Below, one piece after another: positions 38,569 to 48,436 of a stretch of 64,000 nucleotides of DNA. Source of the stretch: an uncultured Candidatus Saccharibacteria bacterium (GTDB lineage Bacteria; Patescibacteriota; Minisyncoccia; UBA6257; Colwellbacteraceae); NCBI GenBank assembly GCA_964348915.1, contig CAYGEM010000001.1, positions 10,360 through 74,359 on the forward strand, in the 5' to 3' direction. The translations under genes and the position numbers were made by a program. Within the stretch, counting starts at the first letter, position 1. Each line of letters opens with the position of its first letter. The notes under the pieces are model-generated. The model was not told the origin of the DNA. It made no database searches and worked only from the letters and a program-made list of their open reading frames with translations.

Positions 38569-39399
38569 TCATTTTATTTTAACCGCTGTCATCCTGTCTC
38601 CGGATAAAGAAACTTTTATCGTTCCGTCGCGGTCGGTGCGAAAATATCTGACACCGTTTCTTTCAAGCGCGCCTACGACCGCCTCCGCCGGATGCCCATA
38701 ACTATTATCGCCGACTTCGATTATCGCCAAAGAAGGAGACATTGTTTTAAGCAACGATTCGTTCAATCCGAATTTCGAGCCATGATGGGGAATTTTCAAT
38801 ATGTCCACGTCTAAATTGATTCCTTTTGCCAATTCAGACAACGTCGCGATTTGACAGTCGGCGGCAAAAAGAACCTTTGCTCCGGATGACTCAAAAATCA
38901 TAATCAGAGAATCGTCTCCCTTACCGGGGGCTTCCGCGGCGTCCAGAGAATGGATGAATTCTATTTTCGCCAGGCCGACGCTCACGCGGTCTCCCGCGGA
39001 AACCATTCGGGAACTTATCCTGAATTCTTCAAGCTTGTTCTCCAATTCCTCAAAAGCGGCGGACTCGTTGACTGCCGCGCCGCGCAAAAAAACGCCAAAT
39101 TCATAATAATCCAGAATATTAATCAGTCCGGCATAATGGTCGTAATCCGGATGTGTAAGCACGACAAGGTCGATATATCTCCTGTTCGAAGGCAAAATTT
39201 TCTCCAGTTCATAAATAACTTCTTTCGACGGACCTCCATCAACGAGAATAGTGACGCCATTTTTCAGAAAGATAAGCTCGCTGTCCCCCTGGCCGACATT
39301 CAAAAAATAAACAGCGTCGTTTTTATCCCATCCGATTATTCCGGACCAGACGACGATGTTAAAAAACGCGAGCAAAAAAATTAACGATATTGATTTCAT
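38569..39399 (-). CDS. Metallo-beta-lactamase-fold protein, ComEC C-terminal domain-like, with its own signal peptide
   Basis: HPDYDHYAGL (HxHxDH) MBL motif; N-terminal MKSISLIFLLAFFNIVVW signal/TM; 276 aa; 40-nt overlap with the upstream ComEC membrane ORF in a different frame. Confidence 0.65.
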   Translation of the reverse strand: MKSISLIFLLAFFNIVVWSGIIGWDKNDAVYFLNVGQGDSELIFLKNGVTILVDGGPSKEVIYELEKILPSNRRYIDLVVLTHPDYDHYAGLINILDYYEFGVFLRGAAVNESAAFEELENKLEEFRISSRMVSAGDRVSVGLAKIEFIHSLDAAEAPGKGDDSLIMIFESSGAKVLFAADCQIATLSELAKGINLDVDILKIPHHGSKFGLNESLLKTMSPSLAIIEVGDNSYGHPAEAVVGALERNGVRYFRTDRDGTIKVSLSGDRMTAVKIK

Positions 39400-40642
39400 A
39401 TTTTAAGAGCAAATCGAGCGGCAAACCGACCAGCCGGCCGAGTCCCGCTCCGATAAAACCGGATACCGAAGTAAGAAAGGACAGAGACATCGTCACCGGC
39501 ACCATTTCCAGAATCATGACATTGGGCAAAATTGAAAACCAGCTCATCCGGCCGAAACGTAGGAACAACAGAGGCAAAACCGCGAGTTGGGCCGAAGCGG
39601 TGGTCAAAGCATTGTCACGCCAACTGCCCAATTTCGGCTGTCCGCCGATTTTAGATTGGAGAAAGGGCTTAAGATAAAGAATGCCGAGAAAAGCCAGAAA
39701 AGACAGTTGAAATCCGGTGTCGAACACCAACAACCGCGGATTGATGAAGATCATGACCGCGGCGGTAATACTGACGGAATTGCGCGGACTATAAATCCGA
39801 CTCAAGCGACGCGACAGCCCCATGAGTCCGGCCATTATCGCGGCGCGAACCGCCGACGGATTCACGCCGGTCATAACGACAAAAACGATGACACTGAATA
39901 TGGCCAAGAAAAAACTTTTCCGTTTTTCTCCAATGCGCGAAAACAACATTTCCAAAGCGGAAAAAATTATCAAAATGTTGTAACCGGATAAACTGACTAA
40001 ATGAATCGTCCCGGTTTCGATAAGAGCGTCGCTGAATTTTTTACTAAATTCCCGCTCGCCGAAAATAAGGCCGGCGGCGAGATTGGCCGAAGAAGGAGGC
40101 AATGCCCGGTTAAGATTCCCCACCATTTTGTCTTTTAGTCGGGAGAGGAAAACGCGCCAGTCCCGCGCTTCGGCGATAATAGAAATTTCCGGAAAATAAA
40201 TTGTCGCCGAGCCGTTTTTTATCCGTATTTCTCCGCAAAAATTAATTTTCTCGCCGTAGTCGTAAACCGGATGCGACCGCGTATAAACTTTCACCTCACC
40301 GGAATAAGGCCGGCTAAGAGCGACTAAGAAGACCTGCCGGCCGGACTTCTCCATGGACTCGGAGGCGATTCTTCCTTCGCGACACTGATTGCTTTTATCC
40401 GGAAAATTATTTCCCCATCCGGCCATAAAATGAAAATGAAAAGAGCCGAAGAAAACAAAAAAGATGAGTCCGGCAAGAATAAAAAACTTTCCCTTTTTTC
40501 TTAAGATTGCCGATAAAATTAACACAGAAGAAACCAAAACAACACCGAAGAGAACTACTCTCCCCGAAACGCCCGCGCTCGATAACGCGACGCCTGAAAG
40601 AAAAGCGATTGCCGCGACGAAAGCGGCATCAGCCGGTTTCAC
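39359..40642 (-). CDS. comEC: ComEC/Rec2 competence channel, membrane (DUF4131 + Competence) part
   Basis: 427 aa, many TM helices, ComEC-like topology; the MBL domain is encoded by the adjacent separate ORF. Confidence 0.6.
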   Translation of the reverse strand: MKPADAAFVAAIAFLSGVALSSAGVSGRVVLFGVVLVSSVLILSAILRKKGKFFILAGLIFFVFFGSFHFHFMAGWGNNFPDKSNQCREGRIASESMEKSGRQVFLVALSRPYSGEVKVYTRSHPVYDYGEKINFCGEIRIKNGSATIYFPEISIIAEARDWRVFLSRLKDKMVGNLNRALPPSSANLAAGLIFGEREFSKKFSDALIETGTIHLVSLSGYNILIIFSALEMLFSRIGEKRKSFFLAIFSVIVFVVMTGVNPSAVRAAIMAGLMGLSRRLSRIYSPRNSVSITAAVMIFINPRLLVFDTGFQLSFLAFLGILYLKPFLQSKIGGQPKLGSWRDNALTTASAQLAVLPLLFLRFGRMSWFSILPNVMILEMVPVTMSLSFLTSVSGFIGAGLGRLVGLPLDLLLKYEINIVNFFARVF

Positions 40643-40662
40643 TCTTTAAATTTTACCAGAAA

Positions 40663-41787
40663 TCAGCCAGCGATGACTCCGCCTCCCAATAATTCTCCCC
40701 AGCGACTGTAAAAAACCGCGGATTGTCCTTCGGCGACAAATCTCTGAGGTTTTCGCAGATGGAGCTTTCCCTCGCTTTTCTCCCCTAATTCCAGCTTGGC
40801 GCGAAAAAGCGGCTGGCGATAACGCACGCGGCAAAAAACATCAAGGCCGGCCGGATTCGACCCGATTGGCCGGGTAAAATTTATTTCACGGAGCTTAATT
40901 TCTTTCCGAAAAAGAGCCGGATCATCCCCTCCTTCGGCGACAATCAAAACATTATTCCCGACATCTTTAGCCGCGACATAATACGGTCCTTTTTCTTCGC
41001 GTCCGGAGCCGGTGTTTTTTTTGGGGGAAAAATCAAAATGCCGTTGGCCGATAGTATAAAACCAAACTCCGTGATGTTCGCCGACTTTTTCGCCGTCTAC
41101 CGTAACGACCGATCCGGTTTTTTCCGGAATATATTTTTTCAAGAAATCGAAAAGTTTGATCTTCCCCAGAAAACAAATACCTTGGGAATCTTTCTTCTCG
41201 GCATTGGCCAAACCGACTTTTCGAGCGATGGCCCGCACGGTTTTTTTACGCAAGTTACCGACCGGAAAAAGACATCGGGACAATTCTTTCTGGTTAAGCT
41301 TCCACAAAAAATATGTCTGGTCCTTATTCCGGTCGCGTCCTTGAAAAATCCTTGTCTCTCCGTCCGCGCGTTTTTTCAGGCGCGCGTAATGACCGGTGGC
41401 GATAAAATCCGCTCCGGCAGCAAGCGCTTTTTCCAGAAAAATGCCGAATTTTATTTCTTTATTGCACATTACGTCCGGATTCGGCGTAAGTCCGGCACGA
41501 TAGCCGGAGACCATGTAATCCACGACCCTTCTCTTATATTCGCCGCTGAAATCCCAGACGTAAAAAGGCCGGCCGATTTTTTCCGCGGCCCGCCGGGCAT
41601 CTTCGGCATCTTGCTCAGAACATCCGTCAAGGTTGTAACACCGCATAAAAACACCGACTACATCGTAGTTCTGTTTTTTCAGCAAATAGGCGGAAACACT
41701 CGAGTCCACCCCCCCAGACATTCCGGCGAAGACCTTTTTCCTTCCCCGTAGCAAACTGGTGTGGGGTTGTTTTGATTCGGTTTGCAT
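40663..41787 (-). CDS. mnmA: tRNA-specific 2-thiouridylase MnmA
   Basis: PP-loop SGGVDSSV, catalytic Cys region; 374 aa. Confidence 0.8.
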   Translation of the reverse strand: MQTESKQPHTSLLRGRKKVFAGMSGGVDSSVSAYLLKKQNYDVVGVFMRCYNLDGCSEQDAEDARRAAEKIGRPFYVWDFSGEYKRRVVDYMVSGYRAGLTPNPDVMCNKEIKFGIFLEKALAAGADFIATGHYARLKKRADGETRIFQGRDRNKDQTYFLWKLNQKELSRCLFPVGNLRKKTVRAIARKVGLANAEKKDSQGICFLGKIKLFDFLKKYIPEKTGSVVTVDGEKVGEHHGVWFYTIGQRHFDFSPKKNTGSGREEKGPYYVAAKDVGNNVLIVAEGGDDPALFRKEIKLREINFTRPIGSNPAGLDVFCRVRYRQPLFRAKLELGEKSEGKLHLRKPQRFVAEGQSAVFYSRWGELLGGGVIAG

Positions 41788-41864
41788 ATATTTACCTGCT
41801 TGTGGACAACTTTCCTTGCCTTATGCTACAATGTAATTGATCGTAAGATCACTAATTTTAATGC

Positions 41865-42656
41865 TTAGGGGCTCCGCAAGGAGTCCCTTTGGCTTTTTAT
41901 GGGGTCAATCTTATCTTTAATAGATTGCGGTATTTCTTTGGGAAAACAAACAAACTCCTTAATCTTTTTAACATCAAATATAAAAACCTCTGTTTCATCA
42001 AGTTCTGGCGCAACTTTACCAGAAACCGAAAAAAGAATGGCTTTCTTGCCAGCATTTTTTATTCGCGTAACCGGACTAGCAAAATCACTATCTCCACTCC
42101 ACAATACAAAAGAATCTGTGTTATTTCTCTCGCAATCTAAAAGCATATCGACTCCCATTTCAACATCAAAATTGCATTTAGGTTCTTCTATATAAGTAAC
42201 CCCTTGTTTATTAAGTAAAGATAATTTTTTATTTAATATTTTAACAGTATCAATGTCTAATTTTGAAAGAAATTTTTTCTTCATAAAATTTTTTAGAATA
42301 GCAGGAGAATCATCCGGAATACTAGAAACATCAATCGACATCTTCATGAGTTTTACTGGCTTTGTGGATAAAATATACCCACAATTTTCTATTTCTTTTA
42401 TTTGTTCTTCAGAACGCTGATCTCCCACTAGAGTACCCGTATAGATAGTTACGGATTGTATTGTGTCAAAAGAATCAAAAAGTTGTTTCATCCTTTTTAA
42501 ATTAAAATGCCAGCCTAGTTTTTCCTGCCAATGAAGTACATTTTGCCAATCAACGTAAATTCTTGCTGGTTGCTCAAAAATAACACTAAGTTCCTTAATA
42601 GCTTTGGGAAATAATTCTGATAACTTTTTTATTCTGTCTGTTTTTGGTGTGAACAT
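41865..42656 (-). CDS. NYN/LabA-like (PIN-like) nuclease domain protein
   Basis: RIYVDWQNV, DVEMGVDML and VLWSGDSDFASPV fit the NYN/LabA acidic-residue pattern; 263 aa; AT-rich. Confidence 0.5.
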   Translation of the reverse strand: MFTPKTDRIKKLSELFPKAIKELSVIFEQPARIYVDWQNVLHWQEKLGWHFNLKRMKQLFDSFDTIQSVTIYTGTLVGDQRSEEQIKEIENCGYILSTKPVKLMKMSIDVSSIPDDSPAILKNFMKKKFLSKLDIDTVKILNKKLSLLNKQGVTYIEEPKCNFDVEMGVDMLLDCERNNTDSFVLWSGDSDFASPVTRIKNAGKKAILFSVSGKVAPELDETEVFIFDVKKIKEFVCFPKEIPQSIKDKIDPIKSQRDSLRSP

Positions 42657-42661
42657 AAAAG

Positions 42662-42874
42662 TTATCTTACCTTTTGATATCTGTAATTGTAGCGAATATT
42701 GTCGTTAAGGAATTGCCCATGTGATGAAGCGTGCAAAAATTGCTGAAACAAATGTTCCGGTACATTAAAATACTGATACACATCACCAGATGTAAATTCC
42801 ACTTCCAAAATAGCCGACTGCGGATCGTAACCAATTGAACTAATATTTGTTGATGTAACCGGCGTTCTTTGCAT
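42662..42874 (-). CDS. KTSC-domain small protein
   Basis: 70 aa; IGYDPQSAILEVEFTSGDVYQYFNVPEHLFQQFLHASSHGQFLNDNIRYNYRYQKV matches the KTSC consensus. Confidence 0.6.
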   Translation of the reverse strand: MQRTPVTSTNISSIGYDPQSAILEVEFTSGDVYQYFNVPEHLFQQFLHASSHGQFLNDNIRYNYRYQKVR

Positions 42875-42883
42875 AAATATATT

Positions 42884-44035
42884 TTATGATTTTGTATGCC
42901 TAGGGTCCATTGACTCCGCCAAAGCCGAATCAAACAATTCTTTGAGCTTCGTTTTTTGCCCAAGAAGCTGTTTTTTGTAATCCTGCACCGCGGAAAGTTT
43001 GGCGACGATTTGCCTTTGCTCTTTAAGTGATGGAAAAGCTATCTTTTGATTATAAATATCTGTGTCGCTGACGGCTGGATATGATGCTCCTCTTTGGAAT
43101 GGGAGTATCTTATTTACAAAATAGTCTGAATTAACCACATAACTTATAAAACATGGATCGGCTATATTTGTTTTGGGTCGAATAACACAAAATCCAGTCG
43201 AAGCAATCGAGCCGTTTAACGTTGCCGGTATAAAAGCGATGTGTTTCAGATACGGCCTTACTGTTGAAAAAATTGTATCATTAGTCCGAACTAATTTTCT
43301 TGCCCGCGACGGCGCATTTTTGACCAAAATAATTTGTGCTTTTACAACGTGCTCTTTATCTATGGAGGCGATATCGATATAAAAAAAAGAATCTTTAAAA
43401 ATTGCTCTTGGATTTATTTGTTCAATCTTTTCACAAACTTCTTCTAATTTTATATTTTCCCATTTATCATTTTTACTCTGAAATTCTTGGTGAAAGATGG
43501 AATCAAAAAGCTCGTCGGATTTTTGGATAAGCCCGTCGTTCAATTTTTGCGCCTCGGCGATTTTATCCAACCGCTCAACGATTTGTTTTTGAGTTACAAG
43601 GGGAGGGAGAGGGATTATTAAATTATTTACAAACGCCTTGCTTAAATGCGGAATAGCCGCACCTTGAGCTGCAGCACGAATTTTTTCTTGAAAAAGTTTT
43701 AATAAATAGAATAAAAACTTATTTTCTAAAGAATTTTCGTGTAAAACTTTCACAATTGTTGAGCCAACAAAACCACTTAAACCAGTTCCCACCGTTCCAG
43801 CATGTGCCCCATCCCAAACAAGCAAAACATCGTCCGGTTTACAACGAACTCCTTTTGTCTCTCGCGTATAAACCGCATACTGATTTGTTCTTAGGCCATC
43901 TATGCCAATATACGGCTCGCCATCATCATCAATGGCCATTTTCTTGCCCTTCTCAAAAGAAATCAGCTCTCCTAATTTTCTTGCCCCGTAATGAACGCTT
44001 TGCGTTCTACTACTGGGGTTTGTTGGCCAAGTCAT
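42884..44035 (-). CDS. hsdS: Type I restriction-modification specificity subunit
   Basis: Two target-recognition domains separated by coiled-coil spacers (LVTQKQIVERLDKIAEAQKLND; LKEQRQIVAKLSAVQDYKKQL); 383 aa. Confidence 0.8.
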   Translation of the reverse strand: MTWPTNPSSRTQSVHYGARKLGELISFEKGKKMAIDDDGEPYIGIDGLRTNQYAVYTRETKGVRCKPDDVLLVWDGAHAGTVGTGLSGFVGSTIVKVLHENSLENKFLFYLLKLFQEKIRAAAQGAAIPHLSKAFVNNLIIPLPPLVTQKQIVERLDKIAEAQKLNDGLIQKSDELFDSIFHQEFQSKNDKWENIKLEEVCEKIEQINPRAIFKDSFFYIDIASIDKEHVVKAQIILVKNAPSRARKLVRTNDTIFSTVRPYLKHIAFIPATLNGSIASTGFCVIRPKTNIADPCFISYVVNSDYFVNKILPFQRGASYPAVSDTDIYNQKIAFPSLKEQRQIVAKLSAVQDYKKQLLGQKTKLKELFDSALAESMDPRHTKS

Positions 44036-44036
44036 A

Positions 44037-44450
44037 TTATTTAAATCCCAAATCCTCTCGCATTAAATCTTCAATTTTATCCGCATCGTTCCATAGTTTA
44101 TCAAACATAGGTCCAGAATTATTTTCATCATAATTTAGTGAAGAACATTTTTTATAAACTTCGCTAACATATACAAGAAATGTTTTTAATTCTTTATTTA
44201 AGATTGGATTTGAGACAAGAAGACATTGTGCGCTTACCTCGGCTATGGTCGCGATATCTAAATTTTTCCCTTCTTTGGTAAGTGAAGTGAATCTGCTTAC
44301 TAAATGTGCGGCAAATTCTCTATACGCTTCTAGTTTCGCATTAAAAATTCTCTGTTCTTTTTCGTTTCGTTTCTGCATAAGAGCGGAAACGAGGGCGGCT
44401 ACAACACCGCTTGAAAGTATGGCTATAATAATTGTGGTTGTTGAATTCAT
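44037..44450 (-). CDS. Hypothetical single-pass membrane protein embedded in the R-M locus
   Basis: N-terminal TM (TIIIAILSSGVVAALVSALM) plus roughly 110-aa cytoplasmic helical domain; no known motif. Confidence 0.4.
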   Translation of the reverse strand: MNSTTTIIIAILSSGVVAALVSALMQKRNEKEQRIFNAKLEAYREFAAHLVSRFTSLTKEGKNLDIATIAEVSAQCLLVSNPILNKELKTFLVYVSEVYKKCSSLNYDENNSGPMFDKLWNDADKIEDLMREDLGFK

Positions 44451-44486
44451 GTTTTTCCTAGTTTTTTGTTGGCCAAGTCATATTAT

Positions 44487-46892
44487 TTATGCGTCAATTC
44501 CGAGTATTTTTTTAGTCCACTTATAATCTAGAGAATTAAGTGCAGATAATGCGTTTTCTTTTTCCTCTTGGTCTTCGAGATTATCATCAAGGCTAAGAAG
44601 CTCCTCAACAACTTTGTAATCAAAGAAATAACTATAACGATGATAATTTCTTGCAAGAATTTTTTCACGATTCGCAGACTCTTGAATGTATGTGAAATCC
44701 TCTGGAACGCCAAATTCAACGAGTGTATTTATTGCCCAGAGATACGTAATCTCGGATACAAACCAGTCATCATTTTCCTTGGTCATTCCTCTTGAGGCTT
44801 TTGTGTTATCTCGAGCTTCAATTAAGATCTTAAGCGTTACTACACGAAGCATCGGAGCGTCGCTTGCATCCAAGCGAAAACGAGCTCCAATGGCCTTAAG
44901 TTTGATAAGAGGATTGGGGTTATCCCTTATCAACGTCAGTAAAGCGTCGCTCAATTTTTTTATATCACCACTATCTTCACTGATGCTGTCATAGATACTT
45001 TCGTAAGGCCTACCGATACTATTCAACAGAATTGCATTTATATCAGGAGTTTTGTTCTTAAAGATATGTGCAAAATATTCCTTCTCGATAATACTGAAAT
45101 TTTCGATGTCTTCGCTTAAGGTATTAAATACATCATCTTCCTTACCCTCTACATTATACCGACTACCTTTTTTTCTTTGTCTATTTAACCTATAGAACAT
45201 TCTGTTTTCACCCAAAAATTTTTCTAGGTCATTTTTTGCTAACGCTTTTACATCTTCAGGATGTTCTACAGATGCGATTGCGCTTAGTCGTGCCGTCAAA
45301 TCTTCTCTGAACGTTTGAACCAATGGAGCTATATCCGTTACGGCTTGCTCTGGTGTAATCACTCCGTACAGCTTTCTCAAAAACAGAAAGGCCTGCTTAC
45401 TTTTTTGAGGTGTCACAAATGACAGTAGCTGTTTTTTATCAAAAACACTTTTTCTTTCTTCTAACTCCAACTCTGATGTTACCTCCGCCCATCGCTCAAA
45501 TTTTTTCAAACGTGTTTCCACTTTGAGCAGAGGAGCAACTAGGGGGTTATTCTCCTGTTTTTCAAGTACCCGAAAGTGTCTCCAGCTCATTATATTTCCA
45601 TGCCTAGTATCTGGAGAATAATTATCCAGAATGTATTGAACAAGTGATTCGTATGTATCTTTGTCCAAAAGACTGCTTATAGCTTCTTGAATTTCCTCCT
45701 CTAGTTTTCGCTCATTAATACCATCCTTCCAAAATTTATTTGTCACCTTGCTAATGTCTCCAAGCCATTCAAGAAGTTTAGGAAAAATCGCTTTATATTT
45801 TACGCTCACCAAAGCTCCTAAGTGTGCAATGAATGTTTCTTCCCAGCGCGTATCTAAAAGCTCTTTTTCGATATAATCAGCTTTATTTGTTTTTCCGATA
45901 CGCTTAATACAAGTAAGCACTAAATTGGTTATATTTGTATAACTAGCTTGCGTAAGTATATTTTCGAGAAAGGGTAAATCAGATTCTTCTGCACTTAAAC
46001 TAAGTATTGTGAGTGCCTTGAGTTTCTCGCTTTGCCATCCGCTTTCAATTACGCTATGCAAGAAACGTCTTTCCGCAGCGCCCAGGTCTATTTTTATCTT
46101 TTCAATTTTTTTCTTGCCTTTCTCTGTGAGTATGGGTATGATTTTACGTGTCAAAGCATTGGCAATTATTATTTGGGCGCTGTCAGTATCTTCTTTCTCT
46201 AAAAACCTTGATACCGCATATCCTAATATCTCTAGATTAGCTTCGCCTTGCATCAATGTGATAATTTCGTCTGCAGTATCTGTGAAATCATTTAATGAGC
46301 TTACTACTCCTCGGCGTATCTTTTGAGAAGAATGTTTGAAAACTTCTTGCAAAAGAGGAACTACACTTTCAAATCTCTCTCTATGGTTAAACAACCAAAA
46401 CCATACAGGAAAATCATTTTCTAAGGACGATTGAGTTAGAAAAACTAGTTCCTTTTTAGAAAAAGAAATTTCTTCTCGACTTTTATAGATAAGAAGTAAG
46501 GCGCCCCTTCCTAAAAGAAGACTCTTGTCTTCCAAATATTCCTCGTGCTGCTTTTGAAAAAAATCTTCAACTGGTGAGCTCTCTGCGCTTGCTGGCAGTT
46601 CTAAATCATCATCTGCTTCAGGTGATGGTGACGGCGAGGTTGAAGCTTCTTCAATTAAATCATTTCCTCCGCCCAAAACTGCCTTTACAAATTTGGCTTG
46701 ATCGCTTTGCGGTAACCCTTCGGGTAAATTAACTACGATTTGTTGTCCAATTAGAGTACTAATAACTTCGGTTTTTTTAAGTTCGAGATTTAAAATTTTC
46801 TCATTGTGTTCCTCCTTATGAAAAATACGCTCAATGAATGAGCCGACTTTGAGTTTAATACTTTCAAATTTTATACCTGTAAAATCAAACAT
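44487..46892 (-). CDS. Large uncharacterised all-alpha (HEAT/ARM-like) protein embedded between hsdM and hsdS
   Basis: 801 aa, AT-rich, acidic linker (SPSPSPEADDDLELP) after an N-terminal domain of about 80 aa, then about 700 aa of repetitive helical sequence; no catalytic motif recognised. Confidence 0.45.
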   Translation of the reverse strand: MFDFTGIKFESIKLKVGSFIERIFHKEEHNEKILNLELKKTEVISTLIGQQIVVNLPEGLPQSDQAKFVKAVLGGGNDLIEEASTSPSPSPEADDDLELPASAESSPVEDFFQKQHEEYLEDKSLLLGRGALLLIYKSREEISFSKKELVFLTQSSLENDFPVWFWLFNHRERFESVVPLLQEVFKHSSQKIRRGVVSSLNDFTDTADEIITLMQGEANLEILGYAVSRFLEKEDTDSAQIIIANALTRKIIPILTEKGKKKIEKIKIDLGAAERRFLHSVIESGWQSEKLKALTILSLSAEESDLPFLENILTQASYTNITNLVLTCIKRIGKTNKADYIEKELLDTRWEETFIAHLGALVSVKYKAIFPKLLEWLGDISKVTNKFWKDGINERKLEEEIQEAISSLLDKDTYESLVQYILDNYSPDTRHGNIMSWRHFRVLEKQENNPLVAPLLKVETRLKKFERWAEVTSELELEERKSVFDKKQLLSFVTPQKSKQAFLFLRKLYGVITPEQAVTDIAPLVQTFREDLTARLSAIASVEHPEDVKALAKNDLEKFLGENRMFYRLNRQRKKGSRYNVEGKEDDVFNTLSEDIENFSIIEKEYFAHIFKNKTPDINAILLNSIGRPYESIYDSISEDSGDIKKLSDALLTLIRDNPNPLIKLKAIGARFRLDASDAPMLRVVTLKILIEARDNTKASRGMTKENDDWFVSEITYLWAINTLVEFGVPEDFTYIQESANREKILARNYHRYSYFFDYKVVEELLSLDDNLEDQEEKENALSALNSLDYKWTKKILGIDA

Positions 46893-46894
46893 GT

Positions 46895-48436
46895 TTATAT
46901 TTTGTCTCGGATATTCTCTAAAATTTTATTCGTCTCTTTTTCCATACCCTCAATCTCCCCCAAAATCTCCTTCGGATCGCGATGATTTGTTTCTTCTTCG
47001 CCGTTGTACGGACTGTAAGTATTGGCCGAGAGAATATAGTCGTTCTCGGCAATTTCTTTCACGGTGGTAAACCATGAGTAAGGTTTGGCGACCGCCTGAT
47101 CTTTGCCCCAAAGCTCTAAGAGTTTTTGGATATCATTTTTATACTGCGGCCCAAACTTTTTGGCGGCGGAAAGTGACGAACCATCACCTTTCATATCGAA
47201 AAACCAAATCTTCTCTTTTTCATCGAGTTTCGGCGCGGATTTCTTTTTGAAAATTAAAAAGCTTGTTTTGACTCCAGCATAGGGCTGAAATACACCGGCC
47301 GGCATTGAGACAACCGCTTCCAATTTTGTATTCTCAAGCAAAAATCGGCGGATATCTTTATCGTCCTTGTTAGTCCCAAAAAGCGAACCCTCCGGCAAGA
47401 TTATGCCGGCCCGGCCACCCGGTTTAAGAGAGTTAATAACATAACCCAAGAAAAGTACCTGCGTCTTTTTTGATTTTACGGGCAAAGTTGGTTTTATTCG
47501 TCCTGCGTCAACCAAACCGGCAAAAGGAGGATTCGTTAAAATAACTTCGTATCTTTTAAGGTCGTTTTCGTCTTCGCTTCCTGCCACTGTATCCTTTCGT
47601 AAAATGCGCGCGCCCTCAAGCCCGTGAAGCAAAAGATTCATCAACGCCAGCCGCGAAACTTCCGGCGCGACATCATAACCGGTAAAAGTTTTTTGTGTGA
47701 GAAACTGCCACTGTTCTTTATTTAGTTTGTCGCCGTAGCCGACTTTACGGCCGTTTTTCTCTTCAATATTTTTAGCGTCGCTATTTTTAAATTTGATATA
47801 ATCGTACGCTGTTATTAAAAATCCGCCCGTGCCGCAAGCCGGGTCAAGAATTGTTTCGCCTATTTTTGGATTTACCATTTCTACAATCGCGCGGATAATA
47901 TGTCGCGGCGTGAGAAACGCGCCTAATTTGCCGGCCGAACTAATCTGACTCAAAAGATATTCATAGAGATCGCCCTTTACATCTGTGTCTAAACTGGAAA
48001 ATTCTATGGTGTCTATAATTTCAACTACCCTCTTCAATGTGGCCTCGTCGGGAATAAGCAATTTCGCGCCGTGAAATATCTGGCTAATGTTTGAGTGGCC
48101 ATTGTGCAACTCTTCAATAAACGGGAAAATCTCATCGCGGACAAACTTAAATAAATTACTACCCATTTTTACTCGCCATCGCGACCAGCGGAATCGGTCA
48201 TTTTTGCCGGAAAAAATTGACTTGTGTTTATGGCCGGTGATTTTTTCTTCTCTTTCCATTGCAATATCCTGTTCTTCAAGCATCTTAAGAAAGAAAAAGA
48301 AACTCAACTGCTGGATGCGAGTCATTGGGTCGCTCAACCCCTGAGCAAACAGATAGTTATTCAAAATATCTATCTTCTGCTTGAATTCCTCTCTTAATTG
48401 TTGGATATTATTTTGCATATTGTTGGGAAAAAACAC
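46895..48436 (-). CDS. hsdM: Type I restriction-modification DNA methyltransferase subunit
   Basis: N6-adenine MTase motif IV LTNPPFAG, AdoMet motif DPACGTGGFL, HsdM N-terminal domain; 513 aa. Confidence 0.9.
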   Translation of the reverse strand: MFFPNNMQNNIQQLREEFKQKIDILNNYLFAQGLSDPMTRIQQLSFFFFLKMLEEQDIAMEREEKITGHKHKSIFSGKNDRFRWSRWRVKMGSNLFKFVRDEIFPFIEELHNGHSNISQIFHGAKLLIPDEATLKRVVEIIDTIEFSSLDTDVKGDLYEYLLSQISSAGKLGAFLTPRHIIRAIVEMVNPKIGETILDPACGTGGFLITAYDYIKFKNSDAKNIEEKNGRKVGYGDKLNKEQWQFLTQKTFTGYDVAPEVSRLALMNLLLHGLEGARILRKDTVAGSEDENDLKRYEVILTNPPFAGLVDAGRIKPTLPVKSKKTQVLFLGYVINSLKPGGRAGIILPEGSLFGTNKDDKDIRRFLLENTKLEAVVSMPAGVFQPYAGVKTSFLIFKKKSAPKLDEKEKIWFFDMKGDGSSLSAAKKFGPQYKNDIQKLLELWGKDQAVAKPYSWFTTVKEIAENDYILSANTYSPYNGEEETNHRDPKEILGEIEGMEKETNKILENIRDKI

